Part shown: piece after piece, positions 12,955-27,563 of the stretch
Layout of the letters: each line of letters opens with the position of its first letter
Numbering within the stretch: the first letter of the stretch is position 1
Source of the DNA: Selaginella moellendorffii
Lineage: Eukaryota; Plantae; Lycopodiophyta
Length of the DNA stretch: 64,000 nt
Direction of reading: 5' to 3'
Assembly (NCBI RefSeq): GCF_000143415.4
Contig: NW_003314428.1
Coordinates: forward strand, 62,001 to 126,000
The notes under the pieces: model-generated
The model's database searches: none
The model's input: the letters and a program-made list of their open reading frames with translations, nothing else
Told to the model about the DNA's origin: nothing
Made by a program: the position numbers and the translations under genes

Positions 12955-15900
12955 TCTACTTCCCATGGGAGATGTTCTTATTTCAATGGAGATGGACACT
13001 ATTGCAAGGACAAGGGTGAGGATGTGGTCATGGCCATGATATTTGCTGCTAAATGTGTGATGAAGTTGGCCACATGAATTAGAGTTTTCAATGTTTTCTG
13101 AATTAGCACCATCCATTTATTGGGTCGAAGTCTTGGCATTAACAACATCATGTTAATGCTATTGTAGTGGAAGGTTTTGACATAGAGAATTTTCAAGAAA
13201 CAAGGTGTCACATGAGTAGTGGAGACTCTTGCATGAATAAGTCAATGACCACTCCATCCTTTTGGAAGTACAATTCACTTTGCATCAGTTCATCTAGTGT
13301 TTTCTTTCTAAACTCAATTTTATAATAAGAGATCCCTTATTATCTAGCTAATATAAGTTTGAGTTTATCTTCTATTACTTAACATATGTTATCATTTATA
13401 GTTGCATTATGTGGTAGAGTCAGTTTTCATTTTCTATAGAACCGGCTATACATATACATATATCTTTTTATTTTAGATTAAACTTAAAACTATTCAGCTT
13501 TAACATTTTTAAAAAAATTATTCATTATAAAAATATCAAGCACTTTGTCTTGTAAAACTGCAGCATAGAGAAATACAGCCAGATGAATGTGATGCAATTG
13601 CAAGAGAGACTCGTGAAGAGATAAGATGAAATCCAAGGAATTCTTGTTAGTTTGTACATGGTTAAATTCTTATTGTGAGAATGAAATGGTCAGTTATATA
13701 GATCTCTAAGAAGTGTTAATGCCACATTAAACTCTCAAGGGCATTAATGTATAAGCTAAACACAATGAACATCCTTATTTAATGCATTCAATCTATTTAA
13801 CTTCTTGATAGTTTGCAAGAATAATGACATACATTTGTTCAATGACAACTAATAATGTGTTAATGAAAAATGACATTTTATAGAAATAAAAATTCCCAAA
13901 ATTAAATATCTAGATTGTAAAAAATAATGTTGAGAATTATAAACTATGGTTCATCAGGATTATAATTAAGTAATATCATGCTAAAAGTTATGCTTTCAAA
14001 ATCTTTATGTTAGTTTAAAACTTTTAAAAAATTTCTACAAGATTGTCTCTTGCTGAAGGATTTTAAATCATATGTACCTAAAATTCTAGAAAATTTTAAT
14101 TTAAATAAAAAATTACTATAAAATTATTAAAAACTACTTACTATTCAGCAATTAACTAAAGGAGAACCTTATTATAAAAAACTTAGATGATAAAAAATAT
14201 TAATATTGTTTATAAACATAGAACTAGCTCATTACTATTTAAAGAATAATATTATTATAGTTTGTATATTGGACTATATTTAATATAATATAATAACCTT
14301 ATCAAAATATAATAAATTTAAGGTTATTTTTATTTTTATTTTATTTTAAAATATTAGATATTATTGTATCAAGATTATAATTTGTGAATAAAGTGTTGTT
14401 ATTGATTTTTTTCCTCTCTAGTTCTACATTCTCTAGATTAGATTGTTGATACTTTGATTATAAATAAAAGAAAAATAAAAAAATACCTAGATCTAACATA
14501 TTATAATATACACGAATAATTTAATGATATTTTTATATTTTTTAAAGTATAACTTAATATATTTATCAACATATAATATAAAGTATAAGAATATTTATAA
14601 AAGAATTACCCTAAAAAACTTATAATTCACATGTATATAGCTGGGATTTACATTAATTTTAAGCTTTATAATTTTTGAGGATTTTTATAAGTGAGAATAA
14701 TTCTCTTAAGTCTTCAAGAGTAGAGTTTTCTTGAAAAATAACGATATTTTTGAGATATAATTGTATGTTTTGTATGTATACATCACCAAAGATTTCTCTA
14801 AATAGCAACATACAGATTTACTTTTCAATATAAATACTAATATGTTTTTCATAAGATTAGCACCCTTCCTTATTCTTTCTTTCTTTAAATACGAAATCCA
14901 TTATATGATTTTTCTCTAAAATCCTTCTTTAGGCCAACTATCAACTTCTTATTTTTCAATTTTAAAAATTCACTATTCTGTAATGGCTTACTACAAGGTC
15001 TCATCTTCTCTCAGTTGCAATAATGTGTTAGCTTGGACTATTGAAATAGGAGATTGTGACCGTAGGATACCATTATTTGCACGAACTTATGATGTTAGTT
15101 TTTGTAGCAGTGGACTGTAACACATTTGTTAAGGAACATTTGATAATAAGATTGAAATGGTGACCTTTGTGGCCCAAACTTATGTTTCTATGCTCCCTGC
15201 CACCACAAGCCATTCTAAGGAAGCTCCTGAATCTAGTGTCAGGCAATGCAACTGATATTAGATCTCTTCCTCTTGCAAGGATATGTGTCTGTCTAGGTAT
15301 TCACAAAGGTGATGTATCCAATTCTATTCTTCTTAGACATTTTGTCTTGGGTGACTCATTTATCTGATTTCATTGTTTGAGAGTGAAGTGGCAAGAGACT
15401 GAAATCTCTTCTTGTGTCATTCCAACCTTGTAAGCATTGTTTTATAGTCAAGCAAAGCCACAAAGGCTACAACAGGCAGTACAATGTACTACTATTTAAC
15501 TATTTATTAGAGCAAGAAAATATCATACTACACCTTATAGTTTCTCATTCCCTAGACATTCCTCAGACGCTGCTCGTAGAATTCCAGAAGCTGTAACTTG
15601 ACTACCATAAAACATGAAAGAAGCAGTGAAAAAGTACCATTCATATTTTAAAGGATTTTTTTTCGTTATTGAAAGATATCCAGAGGTTAACACTTCAGAG
15701 CCTCACAAGCACCTTATAAATTTCCCTTAAAGAGATGATGTGCAGTTCTATGGTTCTTTAAGAATACCTGCCAGTTTGAATTTGTCTTGAACATGTCTTC
15801 ATTAGGTCCATTGGAGAAAAGGGTAAACATAAATGCAGAGTTTTTATAAATAGTGTTTCCTTCCAAAATACAGAAGCGACAGGGATGAATTAGAGTAGTA

Positions 15901-16069
15901 AAACTTCTGTAATTAAAAAAGAAAAAAAATATTCTACTGAATTGTACCTCATACAAGATGATACCCAATGTATTCTCATGCCGCCGAAACTTTTAAAGAA
16001 TAGTCTAGATGTGGCCTAAAGAAGAAAGATTATATGAAGGAAGGTTTGTATGAAACTGTAAATGTTTAT

Positions 16070-17120
16070 CTTCAATTTCTCGAGCACATTAGGATTTTGT
16101 TTTAGAAAACCATCAGCCATCAAGTTGTGACCAGTGTTTATGTACATGTTGAGGATGTCTATGATTTCAGCACTTCCAGAGCCTCTCCTTTGTCATCCAG
16201 CTCATCCATGAGCAATGAAAGAATGCTTGTTTCCTGTGGCTTTCTGGAAGTTCTTTGCTGGTTGATCAGGTCCTGGATAAGCTTGATGAGCTTTCACCTA
16301 GCCTGAGAATGGGAAAACATCACAAAACTATATAGGACAATGTGTATGGCTTTTACCTTCAAGGCTTTGTTGTAGGCAGTGTTGGAGAAGTTGATGGGGA
16401 AAGCCTGAATGCCTTGGTTGACAATGATGTACAAGGAGAAAATCTCATCCACATCAAGGCTGGAGTCTTTCCTATATAAAATGTAGAGGACAGTTAGATA
16501 CGTGAACTGTCATATCAGGAAAAACCAGCATCAACGAGAAAAATAAGACAAAGAGGAAGTAAACATCACTTACCCTTCTCATCTCAGTAAGAAGAACAAT
16601 CTTATGCTGCGTAGGCCACCTTGCAAGGCATGCTGTTGTAGGGGCACGTACTGCTTAAGCGCATTGGGATTGTTTACAGTGGACTCAGTAAGCTTCTGGA
16701 GCTTCAAGTAGCTCTCTTCAGTTAATCCCGCAAACAAATTTCGTCCAATGAGCACAACAGCGCTCTTTGGCCATCCTGTCTCAAAGCTGTCTTTGGAGAG
16801 CACGAATTTGTATGCCTCTGGTGTGGCAACCAGGACGGTGGGCTGCTAGAACAGAAACACCTTGTAAAACCCACTCGATTATACCTGAAACCAAGAAGTG
16901 ACCCATGAAAGAGTATGGTAATCCAGACTTGAAGGCTCTGAGAAAAGCAGCCATGTTTTTGGGCCATCCAAGCAGACCCGGTGGAAGTGGAGGCTGTCCC
17001 AGCTTGAGCACCGGCTTGTAGTACCACTTGTTTAAAAATCTTGAGAATGTCAGCAAAGCAGTCACTGCCATGTTGCCATGTTGCTTTCCAGTGAACAACT
17101 TGGAGGAGGAAGAACCCCAT
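16070..17120 (-). pseudogene. KAO: Cytochrome P450 CYP88-family (ent-kaurenoic acid oxidase-like) pseudogene, 5' three exons
   Basis: NKWYYKP..LPPGLLGWP..NMAAFLRAFKSG; FETGWPKSAVVLIGRN; NQGIQAFPINFSNTAYNKALK; IIDILNMYINTGH all parallel CYP88A motifs. There are frameshifts and stops, and no heme-binding exon was found. Confidence 0.82.
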
Positions 17121-18722
17121 AATGGTACAGCGTTGGTACTCAACTATGGCATCTGATTAATTGAGCGACCAGTCACGTTCATAATAGTGGCTCCAGTGAC
17201 GATAACTCAAGAGCACCACTGCTGTATTGGCAGTGCACTCCTTGTTGGGAAATTTCAAGCAATACTGGATATTTTGATCGGCTCCAAAACTGTAAAAAAA
17301 AAGTAATAAACACAAAATTTCAGGATTGAATCTCATCCAGGTCACTGCAAGAATATGGCAACCATAAATTCTCTGCCTTTCATTATAGACCTCAACGCTG
17401 AATCTCAGTAGTTTCCAATCAAAAGAACCAAAATAAATAAATCCCAGCCTTTCTACCACTCCCAGGAATAAGAAGGGAGACCTGCAATAGGAAAAACAGG
17501 CTGTAAAACACACAAGCACCTCCAAAAGCTCATTCATTGGAAATAAGAACAACTATTTTTTTTCTAGAAGTTCGACATATTCTACTTTACCGTAAATTAC
17601 CTGGACACAGTGTCATGAGTTTAAGTTGATTAAACCTGCAATCCTTACTATTATATCCTGAGATTACTTCATTTTCAGATTTTCACATCTTCATTTTCCG
17701 ATCCATCTTTTTTCCTACACAAACATCAAGCATCAGTAAGTGATCCACATCAATGAGAAAGAAAAGTGCCACAAAGATATCAGAGTCAATAACAATAAAA
17801 AGAATAGTTGTATTGATTATGAGCTATTAGCTTGAATGCCACAGCAGTTCACAAAAATAATCACAAGTCTGGATGTGTAGTTTACAGTGGCTTAAAAGGG
17901 AAGAGACCTCTCTTACCTCACTCATTTGATCGAGAAAAACATGACTTGTCATCTTTCTCTCTGGAACATACACAAAGTGAGCAAATGAAAGAAGTTGAGA
18001 ATGTAAAGGCACACATACCTGGTGAGCTCGATGACACAGCAAAAATGTCCATGCCAACATCAATCCTAGAGGCCCCACCTTGATCAGGCTTCTCGCATTC
18101 TAGAATTGCTGCTGGATCATTGCCGCCATCTTCACTTGTACTGGGACTCAACTTGAAAGTATTGATGTTTGTCAAGATAAATGCTACTTCCTTCATGAAT
18201 GACAAATATTGTTGGTGTTGTTTAGACTGAGAAGGACCGTCTCCATTATAAAGCCACACTAATAAAAAAGAGCATAAGTGAAAGCAATGGAAAACATGAG
18301 AGCAATACAGTAGTTTTATCATTGGCACCACCAAGGTTTCACTGCCACCAAGGCCAGCAAGACCAATTTCTGTCCAGCTGGTAGCCTAAAGAGATCACAG
18401 GAATTTGCAGCTTCTACCACATTCAGTTCATCATTTGGTTTTACTGTTCCTTTGAAAGATTGAATCAGCAAATCACCACAGCTGAGAACAATTTGAACCA
18501 GCTACATTCTGGCACATAAGGAAATTGGTATGCTATTCACATGGAATCATGTCAAGGAGTGAGCAACTGAAACTAAGCTTTTCACCAAGGCAAGAACAAA
18601 TAAAAAATGAAATAAAATTACCAGTCCTCCCCCCTGGTCAAGCAGATAAATGCTAATTGCTGACCCACTGCATTGGCCAGTGCTGGGTGCTTCCTAGCCT
18701 GAGTGGCATGACACAAAATCAG

Positions 18723-21700
18723 TGTCGCGAATGTGACTTCGGGTATCGAAAGTTACCTGTCAACCAGTCCTTACGGACACTCTTACCTTACTGCCACGAT
18801 GGCAGGAGGTCGGTATTGCTGGTTCCCTTTATTAGCCCCTCTTGTTCAAGTGTTAGTAAACTGGACTTTGCATCTGTACTTGGCCGGATGAGCATAAGGA
18901 AGGAATTCTTAAGTGTCTATTTAGCTGAGCATACTTGGCCTGGCTTGTTAGTTCTCTTTTGCTCTGTCTTGCACTGGCTTGACAAGAACCCTCGCGTATT
19001 GAGATTGGTCCCTCAATATTGCTACATGATAGCTTACAGTGTCTNNNNNNNNNNNNNNNNNNNNNNNNNNNNNNNNNNNNNNNNNNNNNNNNNNNNNNNN
19101 NNNNNNNNNNNNNNNNNNNNNNNNNNNNNNNNNNNNNNNNNNNNNNNNNNNNNNNNNNNNNNNNNNNNNNNNNNNNNNNNNNNNNNNNNNNNNNNNNNNA
19201 TCTAAAGACATTCCATATTTAGTAAGTTTCGAGCTTGTCCCAGAGACTAACTCCTGATACTAAGGGAGGCTTGGGGTGAAAGCCCAAAGCGTGTGTTCCT
19301 CAAGGGGGGGGGGGGGGGGGGGGGATTGTGGGGGGTTCCAAATGTATAGTAGGGATAGTGGGTAGCTCGGGCATGGCCGACCAACCTGAGGCATAGTTTA
19401 GCTCCCGCTTGTGTGCCTGTCCTTGTTCTGCGTCCGGCTTGGGTCTAAGCCCAAGTTCCATTCCATGCTAGTTGGTGGAGTACCCATATCCTTACGTTAG
19501 GCCACCGGTATGCCGAAATAGCGCCAGACTCCGTTTGGCTCCGTTTTGCATGCTGGTCCTGGCATTGGGATGCAGGTTGCTCTAGGACTGTTCCAAGTCA
19601 CTCCGGGCTCCTGTCCCTTCGCTCCTTGGGCTTTATGCTCGGGAGTTGCTCCGTGGTTCGGTTCCATCACTCTTTGGCTTCACGCTTGGGAGTTTGGCAC
19701 CGTTCCTTCGTTCAGTGGCCTAAGGCCCTGAACCTCGGGTTCTTATGGACACGTGGCATGTGACACGTGGCACAAAGAGGGTTTAGGTTCTGCTTCGTGG
19801 TGTTATCCTATGGTAAATCACCATAGGATAAAAGGTCAAAACCACGTGCGCTACATTTGGTATTAGAGAATGAGTCTCAGCGAGAGCTATTCAATGAGAT
19901 TGGGCAACTAGTCTCGTTGCATACGCAGAGATGAAAACGATGATCCGAGTGGGTATACGTTTGGTGCAAAGGGTTCACATTCGTTCCTTGGGTATGGTTT
20001 TGGTTACCTTTTGTACCTAATAATGTGAGCTTGCTCTTGGGCTCATAGGATGGATTTGAGTTGTTCCATTCGCACGAGTTTGAGCTTGGGCTCGTGAGTA
20101 AGGCGCATTAGCAACTTGATGTTACACTTTGAGTTGGCAGGATTAATGTTAGCCTATCGGTGGTTCTGTAGTAGCTTGTACCATGGGTAAAAGCAAACCT
20201 TCCTAGAGTTTGCTATGAGTGGCAAATAGGCTAGTCCGTAGCTGTTTAGCATGGCACTAGTGGATCCTTCCTAGGCATGATTACAAGTGAATCAATCAAG
20301 ACTGTAGGGATTAGTCTATTGGTTCAAGTAGTCATTGCTGTGACTCATTGCTCATGTTCATATTATACAATCAAGATTCTCTACCTTGATGCATCTTGGA
20401 GATGATGGTCTTACAAATGGTGAGTTATAGGATGGATAGTGGTGAAACACTATACCATTTTGTCTAGGCTTGCTATTGGAAGACTTGGGTTGCAATGTTC
20501 AATTCTTTTCCGGAGAACCTTGCTATTGCTCCTTGAGTAGCTTGGTGTTGGATTAGTTTTGAGTTTGGTCGGGAAGAGAGTGGCATGAGTTTGTCCGTGT
20601 TGTGAACAAAAGTTAGTGGTGTTGGGTGTTATAAATCTCTATCAGTGGAGTGTAGCATTTATGTTGCATTTTGTCGAATTGAGTTGGCACTTGATGCTCA
20701 CATAAACCTTTGAAGTGATGACATGGGAGTTACTCGTGGTGTTACTCAATTGATGATCAAGTCATTGTGATTTTATATCATATCCATGTGATAATGAGCA
20801 ATGTGTTTACGAAGTTGCTTGGTTAACGATGATCAACCCCAAAGTGGTTGATGGAGAAGCTAGTCTACTTGCACATAATAGCATTGTAGTAGCTTTGACT
20901 GGATTCTCAATGGTGGTTCATTATGCTAAGCTTAAGTTGGTTCCTTGTTCCTTGTTTCCTTGAGGGTTTGCCCATAAGGTGTTGGAAAGGGTTGTAGCAT
21001 TTGCTATAGCTCATTAGTTGATTTGTTAACACTTGGAGTAGATTGTTGGATAGAGGTGTGAAGTTGAGGCATTGACATTACTAACACTTGTGTTAGTGGA
21101 AGTGGCATTGTTATTTTAAGTGATGAGGAAGTTTCCTTAGAGCTTGATTTTTTCCATGTCATTTTTCTTGTTAGTGTTTTAGCTTCACATTGGATCTTGA
21201 AGGTGGTTGAAGAAGAGTGTTAGTGCAAATGTGGATATCCGAAGATGTGGTCTTTGTGATCAAGTCTTGGATGTTCCATGTGCATTTCACGGATGTCGGT
21301 GTTGGATGTCGGAGATATGGGCAAAAAGATGTTCAAGGCTTAAGCATACTATGGGTCATGAGAATCGGTGTTGAAGTGAACCTATGTGAAGTTGTTAGTA
21401 GGAAGAAGTTGGTTGAGTTTTGAAAGTTTGTATTCCTAGACTAAGAGTCATTCTTTCTCTAGGATGGAAAATTTTCCACAAATTTTCTTAGACTTTTCCA
21501 ATGGCTGATCTGTTATCACTTTACTCGAAAACCATTCCATTTTCGTAAGCCATTACAAACTAGTGAAGGGGTTGGAGTTGACTTAGGTTAACTTAAACCT
21601 TAGTAGGTATGCGACCCGAAAGGGATGCTGACTTTTGGGGCTAAGGCAATTGAGTTGGATAGAGTCTGGAGTTGGTGTAGAAAAGTGGCCGTTGCACTTT

Positions 21701-24700
21701 TCTAAGAAGGGTGACCCTTGTACCTTTCTTCTGTGTTATGCTTGGTGGCAGGTTGCACCCTGCATTTCGTTAGACTCTATGAGAGTAGTGAGCTCTCACT
21801 CATCTTGACTTAGTCTTGGTGTCCCTGCGCCTTGGCTGAGGATGGTGATATCCAATTTAGTTGTTTGAGTTTGAGATGTTGGTACCCATACTATAGCTTT
21901 GTTTATTAGGAGGTTGTGTACCGATATGAGTCCATCTCGTGGTCTTCACTTTAGTTTCAACTAAGTGTTGATCATGCATAGCTAGCCTCTTCAAGGCATG
22001 CTCAGAGCTATTGGCTAAATGTGTTGGTGAGCTTATTGCAGTTGAGTTGGATTCGAGTGGTCATTTAGTTCGTGCTTGTCCATGAACCTTTATCTTGTAC
22101 TGAGATATTATGTTCATGTTGGACAAGTATATGACTCAATGGCAAGAGTTTAGTGTTTGGGTCTTGTGAAGGCAAGTTGAAGAGTGATTGTTTGTTGCTT
22201 TGCAACTAGTGATTGCTTGTAGACTTCGTCAAAGGATTGTTGACACTTGCTTCACTCGATGAAGATTTATCAGTGATGGGCTTGCTTTACTAGATGGTGT
22301 TGCGGAGGATCGTGTCGTTAGACTTACATGGGTTTTCCATGTTGGCATATCAACTCTACCTTTGTCAAAATCATTTAGTTGCATTTAGTTCGTAGTGTTG
22401 GATTTCATGGAGTCTTGGATGTGGTGATTCACTCCTTGATGAAGTGTTATCTATAACTGAGTATTGTTGGAGATTTGGTTTCAGATACTGACTAAAGTAT
22501 CTTTCACTTTGGTTAGCTTGGTTGCTAGAAAGTTTCGAGTGGTGATACACTTATGCTTTCTTCTAGCTTTGTTCTAGCGTTGATGGCATTGAAGTGATGC
22601 CTTGTCATTGACATTGTTGATATTGAGATTTCAGTGAAATGAGATATGTCTTTGCAAGATTGATGTCGAGTTTCATTAGTTTTGATAAAGATAGTGTTGA
22701 TGATTTGGCTATGGCTTGTGTTATTGGCATTGGTGTATTTGCTAGTTAGCAACTATGTTAGCATTCAAACAAGCTAAGTGGCAAGTTTGAGTTAGTGGTG
22801 TTCTAAACGAGATTGTTTAGTAGAGGTTGAGCTTTGACTTTTCCTTGAAAAGTGATTTCAGTCATGGACTATGCTAACTTTACAAGAGGAAAGAGTTAGT
22901 GATTGAATCCTTGCTGGATTTTAGTTGGGATATATCAATCATTGATGATTCTTCTTATGCTTGTTATGAAGTGGGTTACGTCTTGCTAAAGATGGATTCA
23001 TAGAGGATCGTTTGGTGATCACTTGTCGAGCATAGTCTCATTATGTTTAGCTTTTGGATTGATGCAAACATGCTCTTCATTAGCTTTGCATTATGAAGTT
23101 TAGCTTATGGATGTGTTGAGAAGGATATTGTGGGTTGTATCATAATTTCTTCTTTAGCATTGAAGTTAGTTCATGCAAGACTCGTGATCATTGTTAGGCA
23201 AAAACTTAGCTATAAACTTCTTCGAGCTTTTGGTTCCTTGCGTTATCATGGTTGTGGTCCATTTGTTTGAAGTTGTTGGGGAAGGCATTTTTGACTCTTT
23301 AGCTTCAATGTTGAAGTTAGTATTTGCATCTGGCAATCATTGGTGATGATTGATTATCATCTGGGATAGTTGATTATCTTTGTCAAAAAGGTTTTGCTTG
23401 ATTATTGTTGGTATAGACTGAGTTACTATTCTTCGGGATGGTAGATTCTTTCTTCAATGATGATTATGCATCTCTTTATTGATGGGATGATTCATAATCT
23501 TTCATGATAGTCAGTTATCTCTTTGATGGCTTTTGGCTTTTCGCTAAACATATATGTACATTACCCCAATCCCAAAGGGATCAAAACAACATTGAGAGCG
23601 CACTCTCGAAGAAACTAGTGAAACTATGAGCACGAACGCCCGGCGCTGCTCTTGGGCCGTCCGCCTCCCAGGTGACTCCACCGCGGAGCTTGAAGCCACC
23701 TGCTTCGCCTTGCCACTCCTCCACTCGGTCACAATGATGTCAGGCCAGACGAACACCATGTCGATCTAGCTCGACGTCGTCGCAGCCAAGCGGTCCAACT
23801 CAAGCACGATGACCCGGCATCGCTCATGGGTCACTCGCCTCCAAGGTGGCTCCACTGCACAAGCTGAAGCCACCTGTTACGCCCCAAGACGTGATGCTGT
23901 GTCTTGGAGCGCCTACCTCCTCAGTGTACTTCCAGCACTAAGTCGGTGCCCATTGCGAACAAACTCCAAGGCGTAGAACAAGCGAGGTGTGAGCCTCCTC
24001 CAGCTCTAGACTAGAGCGTGCTACCTTGCCTCCCACACTAGACAAGTGCGCTGGCCCCCTTCAATGATATACGAGCCCCCGTTGCCGGCATCGCGACAAT
24101 CACAAGACTTGCAAGCCTCCGCGAACCTCCTCAAAGGACTAGCCCTGAAGCAAGAACCATGTGGGATCCCCTCCGCGAGCAAACCAACTCGGCCATCCGC
24201 CACTGGCCCCCTTTGTGACAGCACTCCCCTGTCACTAGATCCAAAAATGCGCCCATAGTGTCCTCCACGTCCATCCACTGCGGACACTTCGCTATGTCGG
24301 GATGTCGTCCCGAACTGTCCTCCACCAGTCAACAAAATTCCCATGACTTGGTCGTGTTTCCACGACTCAAGTCGCCAAGAACCTCCGACACATGCAGCTT
24401 CACGCTCTCCGTAGGCTTTTGGCTTTTCGCAATACCACATGTTCTTTGTGGTTTGCTCTGGATTAGTCTCTTGGGTTTGAGACATCAGTAGGATGTGGCT
24501 GACACTTGCTTAGGCAACTTGAGTTCCTTAGTATTGTTGGCTGGGATCTATTTAGATTGGCTTTTGTGATAGTTGGCAGGAATGAGTGTTTGTTGGTCTT
24601 ACCGCATTCATTCTCTTCTGTTGATTGTTGCTTGAGTTTGTTCTGATAGATTGGAATGTTATTTCCTCCGGGTGATACATTCGAGAGTATTTTGCTTGCT

Positions 24701-26681
24701 TGTCAATGATACTTGGTGTTCTTTGAGTTCCCTTTTCTAAGTTGTTTGGCATTCTATCTGCAATCTTTAATAGTTAAGTTTGGTCAATGAGTTTTCTTGA
24801 TGATACACTTATTATTGAATTTTTTTGGATGGTCATTTTTGTGTTTGCCAAATTATGATGATCTTGGTGGTTCCTATCTACTATAATACTGGTTTATCGG
24901 ATGATAACTTACTTGGAATACTTTTGTGTTCTAATCTAAGATTTATTCACTAATAATTAAGACTCTAAGATATCATTGTCTATGACTTTGATATTGTCCA
25001 TCTATTGATCTTTGAGTTTGGGCCAGTATAGGCAGACTGACTTCGGCACTTCGTGTGCATGGTGAAATCTCTAGTCATGGGGTAGCTACTATTGACTGGT
25101 CACATCACCCGCCTCTTTGTTAATGTTCCTTATTCCATTTAAAGGGCGTGACCGTGTAAACAACTCTAACTGCCTGGTTACAGTAGTCTATCTAAACCTT
25201 ACCGACGGGTTTGGTTTCTTTGCTCAGGAGGGTTGGGGCCTCTGGCTTCTCTCTCTATGTCCTTGTGGGCAGGGGCGTATCAAACTTTTGTAAGCTGGGT
25301 GACTCCCAGTGCAGCAAGGGTGGCTGACTCCATTGGTCATTTCCTTGTCGGCGACGGCCGGAAGGTGTCTGAGCTGGTAGCGCATCCGCGTTAGACAAAG
25401 AGGTTACCCCTAACTCATTTAAGTTGGTGCATTTCTCACATAGTGTGAATACCGTGAACTTTTTCTGGAGTTGTTTCCTTGGCGGTATTCTAGACTCGAG
25501 TGTGCATCGATGAGGACGTCAATCTTCCCTAGGGGGGGAGAGTGTCACGAATGTGACTTCGGGTATCGAAAGTTACCTGTCGACCAGTCCTTATGGACAC
25601 TCTTACTTTATTGCCACGATGGCAGGAGGTCGGTATTGCTGGTTCCCTTTATTAGCCCCTCTTGTTCAAGTGTTAGTAAACTGGACTTTGCATCTATACT
25701 TGGCCGGATGAGCATAAGGAAGGAATTCCTAAGTGTCTATTTAGCTGAGCATACTTGGCCTGGCTTGTTAGTTCTCTTTTACTCTGTTTTGCACTGGTTT
25801 GACAAGAACCCTCGCGTATTGAGATTGGTCCCTCAATATCGCTGGATGATAGCTTACCGTGTCTGCCAAACACCCTTGCTATCATGCCCTTTGTGTTAGT
25901 CTCATTTCGGTCCCAAATGTTATTTATGGAAAGTGTCCAAATTTGCTCATTTGGCATATCTACAGAATGTAGAGATCGTCCTGAACACAATGGTGTTCAT
26001 CCCGTGTCCAAATTTGCAATCTAGGGACATTCCATATTTAGTAAGTTTCGAGCTTGTCCTAGAGACTAACTCTTGATACTAAGGGAGGCTTGGGGTGAAA
26101 GCCCAAAGCATGTGTTCCTCAAGGGGGGGGGGGGGGGTTGTGGGGGGTTCCAAATGTATAGTAGGGATAGTGGGTAGGTCGGGCATGGCCGACCAACCTG
26201 AGGCATAGTCTAGCTCCCGCTTGCATGCCTGTCCTTGTTCTGCGTCCGGCTTGGGTCTAAGCCCAAGTTCCATTCCATGCTAGTTGGTGGAGTACCCATA
26301 TCCTCACGTTAGGCCACCGGTATGCCGAAATAGCGCCAGACTCCGTTTGGCTCCGTTTTGCGTGCTGGTCCTGGCATTGGGATGCTGGTTGCTCCAGGAC
26401 TGTTCCAAGTCACTCCGGGCTCCTGTCCCTTCGCTCCTTGGGCTTTATGCTCGGGAGTTGCTTCGTGGTTCAGTTCCATCACTCTTTGGCTTCACGCTTG
26501 GGAGTTTGGCACCGTTCCTTTGTTCAGTGGCCCAAGGCCCTGAACCTCGGGTTCTTATGGACACGTGGCATGTGACATGTGGCATCTGTCACGTGGCACA
26601 AAGAGGGTTTAGGTTCTGCTTCATGGTGTTATCCTATCGTAAATCACCATAGGATAAAAGGTCAAAACCATGTGCGCTACA
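18723..26681 (+). mobile_element. Non-autonomous Ty3-like LTR retrotransposon, family B (full length)
   Basis: LTRs 18723-19855 and 25543-26681 (TGTC...CTACA); PBS-like TGGTATTAGAG at 19858; PPT AGGGGGGGAGAG at 25531-25542; TSD ATCAG/ATTAG; no intact gag-pol. Confidence 0.92.
19045..19199. other. Assembly gap within the family B 5' LTR
   Basis: Run of N. Confidence 1.
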
Positions 26682-27563
26682 ATTAGATCACCCGAAAGAA
26701 CACAAAACTCGAGGAGTTACCTACTAATTTCTAGAGCTTTCTCATGGAACCCAAGGAGAGCCTCTTCCCACAATAGTCCACTTTCTTTTTTATTTGAACG
26801 ACCAAGGAAACAAACAGCCTGTTAGACACACTTGAGGAGAGTTACTTACCTCCTAAGCCACCTAGCTCTTTTCAATGTTGGCATATGCAACTCACTATCC
26901 TTGGCAAATAAAAGGTGCTCTGGTATATGTGAGATACAAATCCCTAAGCCCCAAAGTGGAGCTGAATGAGTGCCACATGGTAATGGCTGAAGTGGAAGCC
27001 AAAAGAGTGTAACACATTTGGAATAAAAGCTCCAACTTGAAAAGTCAAGAGCGGCTCTCAACAAAGTGCTCAAGGAATGAACACAAAGCAAGCAATGAGT
27101 GAGTCTTGTGAGTGAAAAAGGACACAAGAGGACTAGACTAACACATGACATGTGGAAGTGTCGAGATGGACCCGAGATGGACTTGAGATGGAGTCCAAGA
27201 TGGACCCAATATGGAGTTTGAAATGGAGTCTTAGATGGACCCAAGATGGAGTTCGAGATGATGGACCCAAGATGGAGTTCGAGATGATGGACCCAAGATG
27301 GAGTCTAAGATGGACCCGAAATGGAGTCCAAGATGGAGTTTGAGATGGAATTCGAGATGACCCGAGATGGAGTTTGAGATGGAGTCTAAGATGGACCCGA
27401 GATGGAACCAAGACTGAGATTGAGATTGAGACCGAGAGTCCGAGTCCTAGGCTGAGCCTAAGTCCCAGTCTGAATACTAATACAGGCTGTTAGGTGAAAT
27501 CCCAAAGCGATCATCCCCCAGGGGGAGCTGCAAGGGGTTCCAAAAGTATAGTAGGGAGAGTGT

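Noticed and set aside
18657-19257. ORFs containing X runs
   Set aside because: They span an assembly gap within an LTR.
19803-19831. 12-bp stem hairpin TTATCCTATGGT/ACCATAGGATAA read as a terminator
   Set aside because: It lies in the U5 end of a eukaryotic LTR, where such structure is ordinary; not a bacterial terminator.
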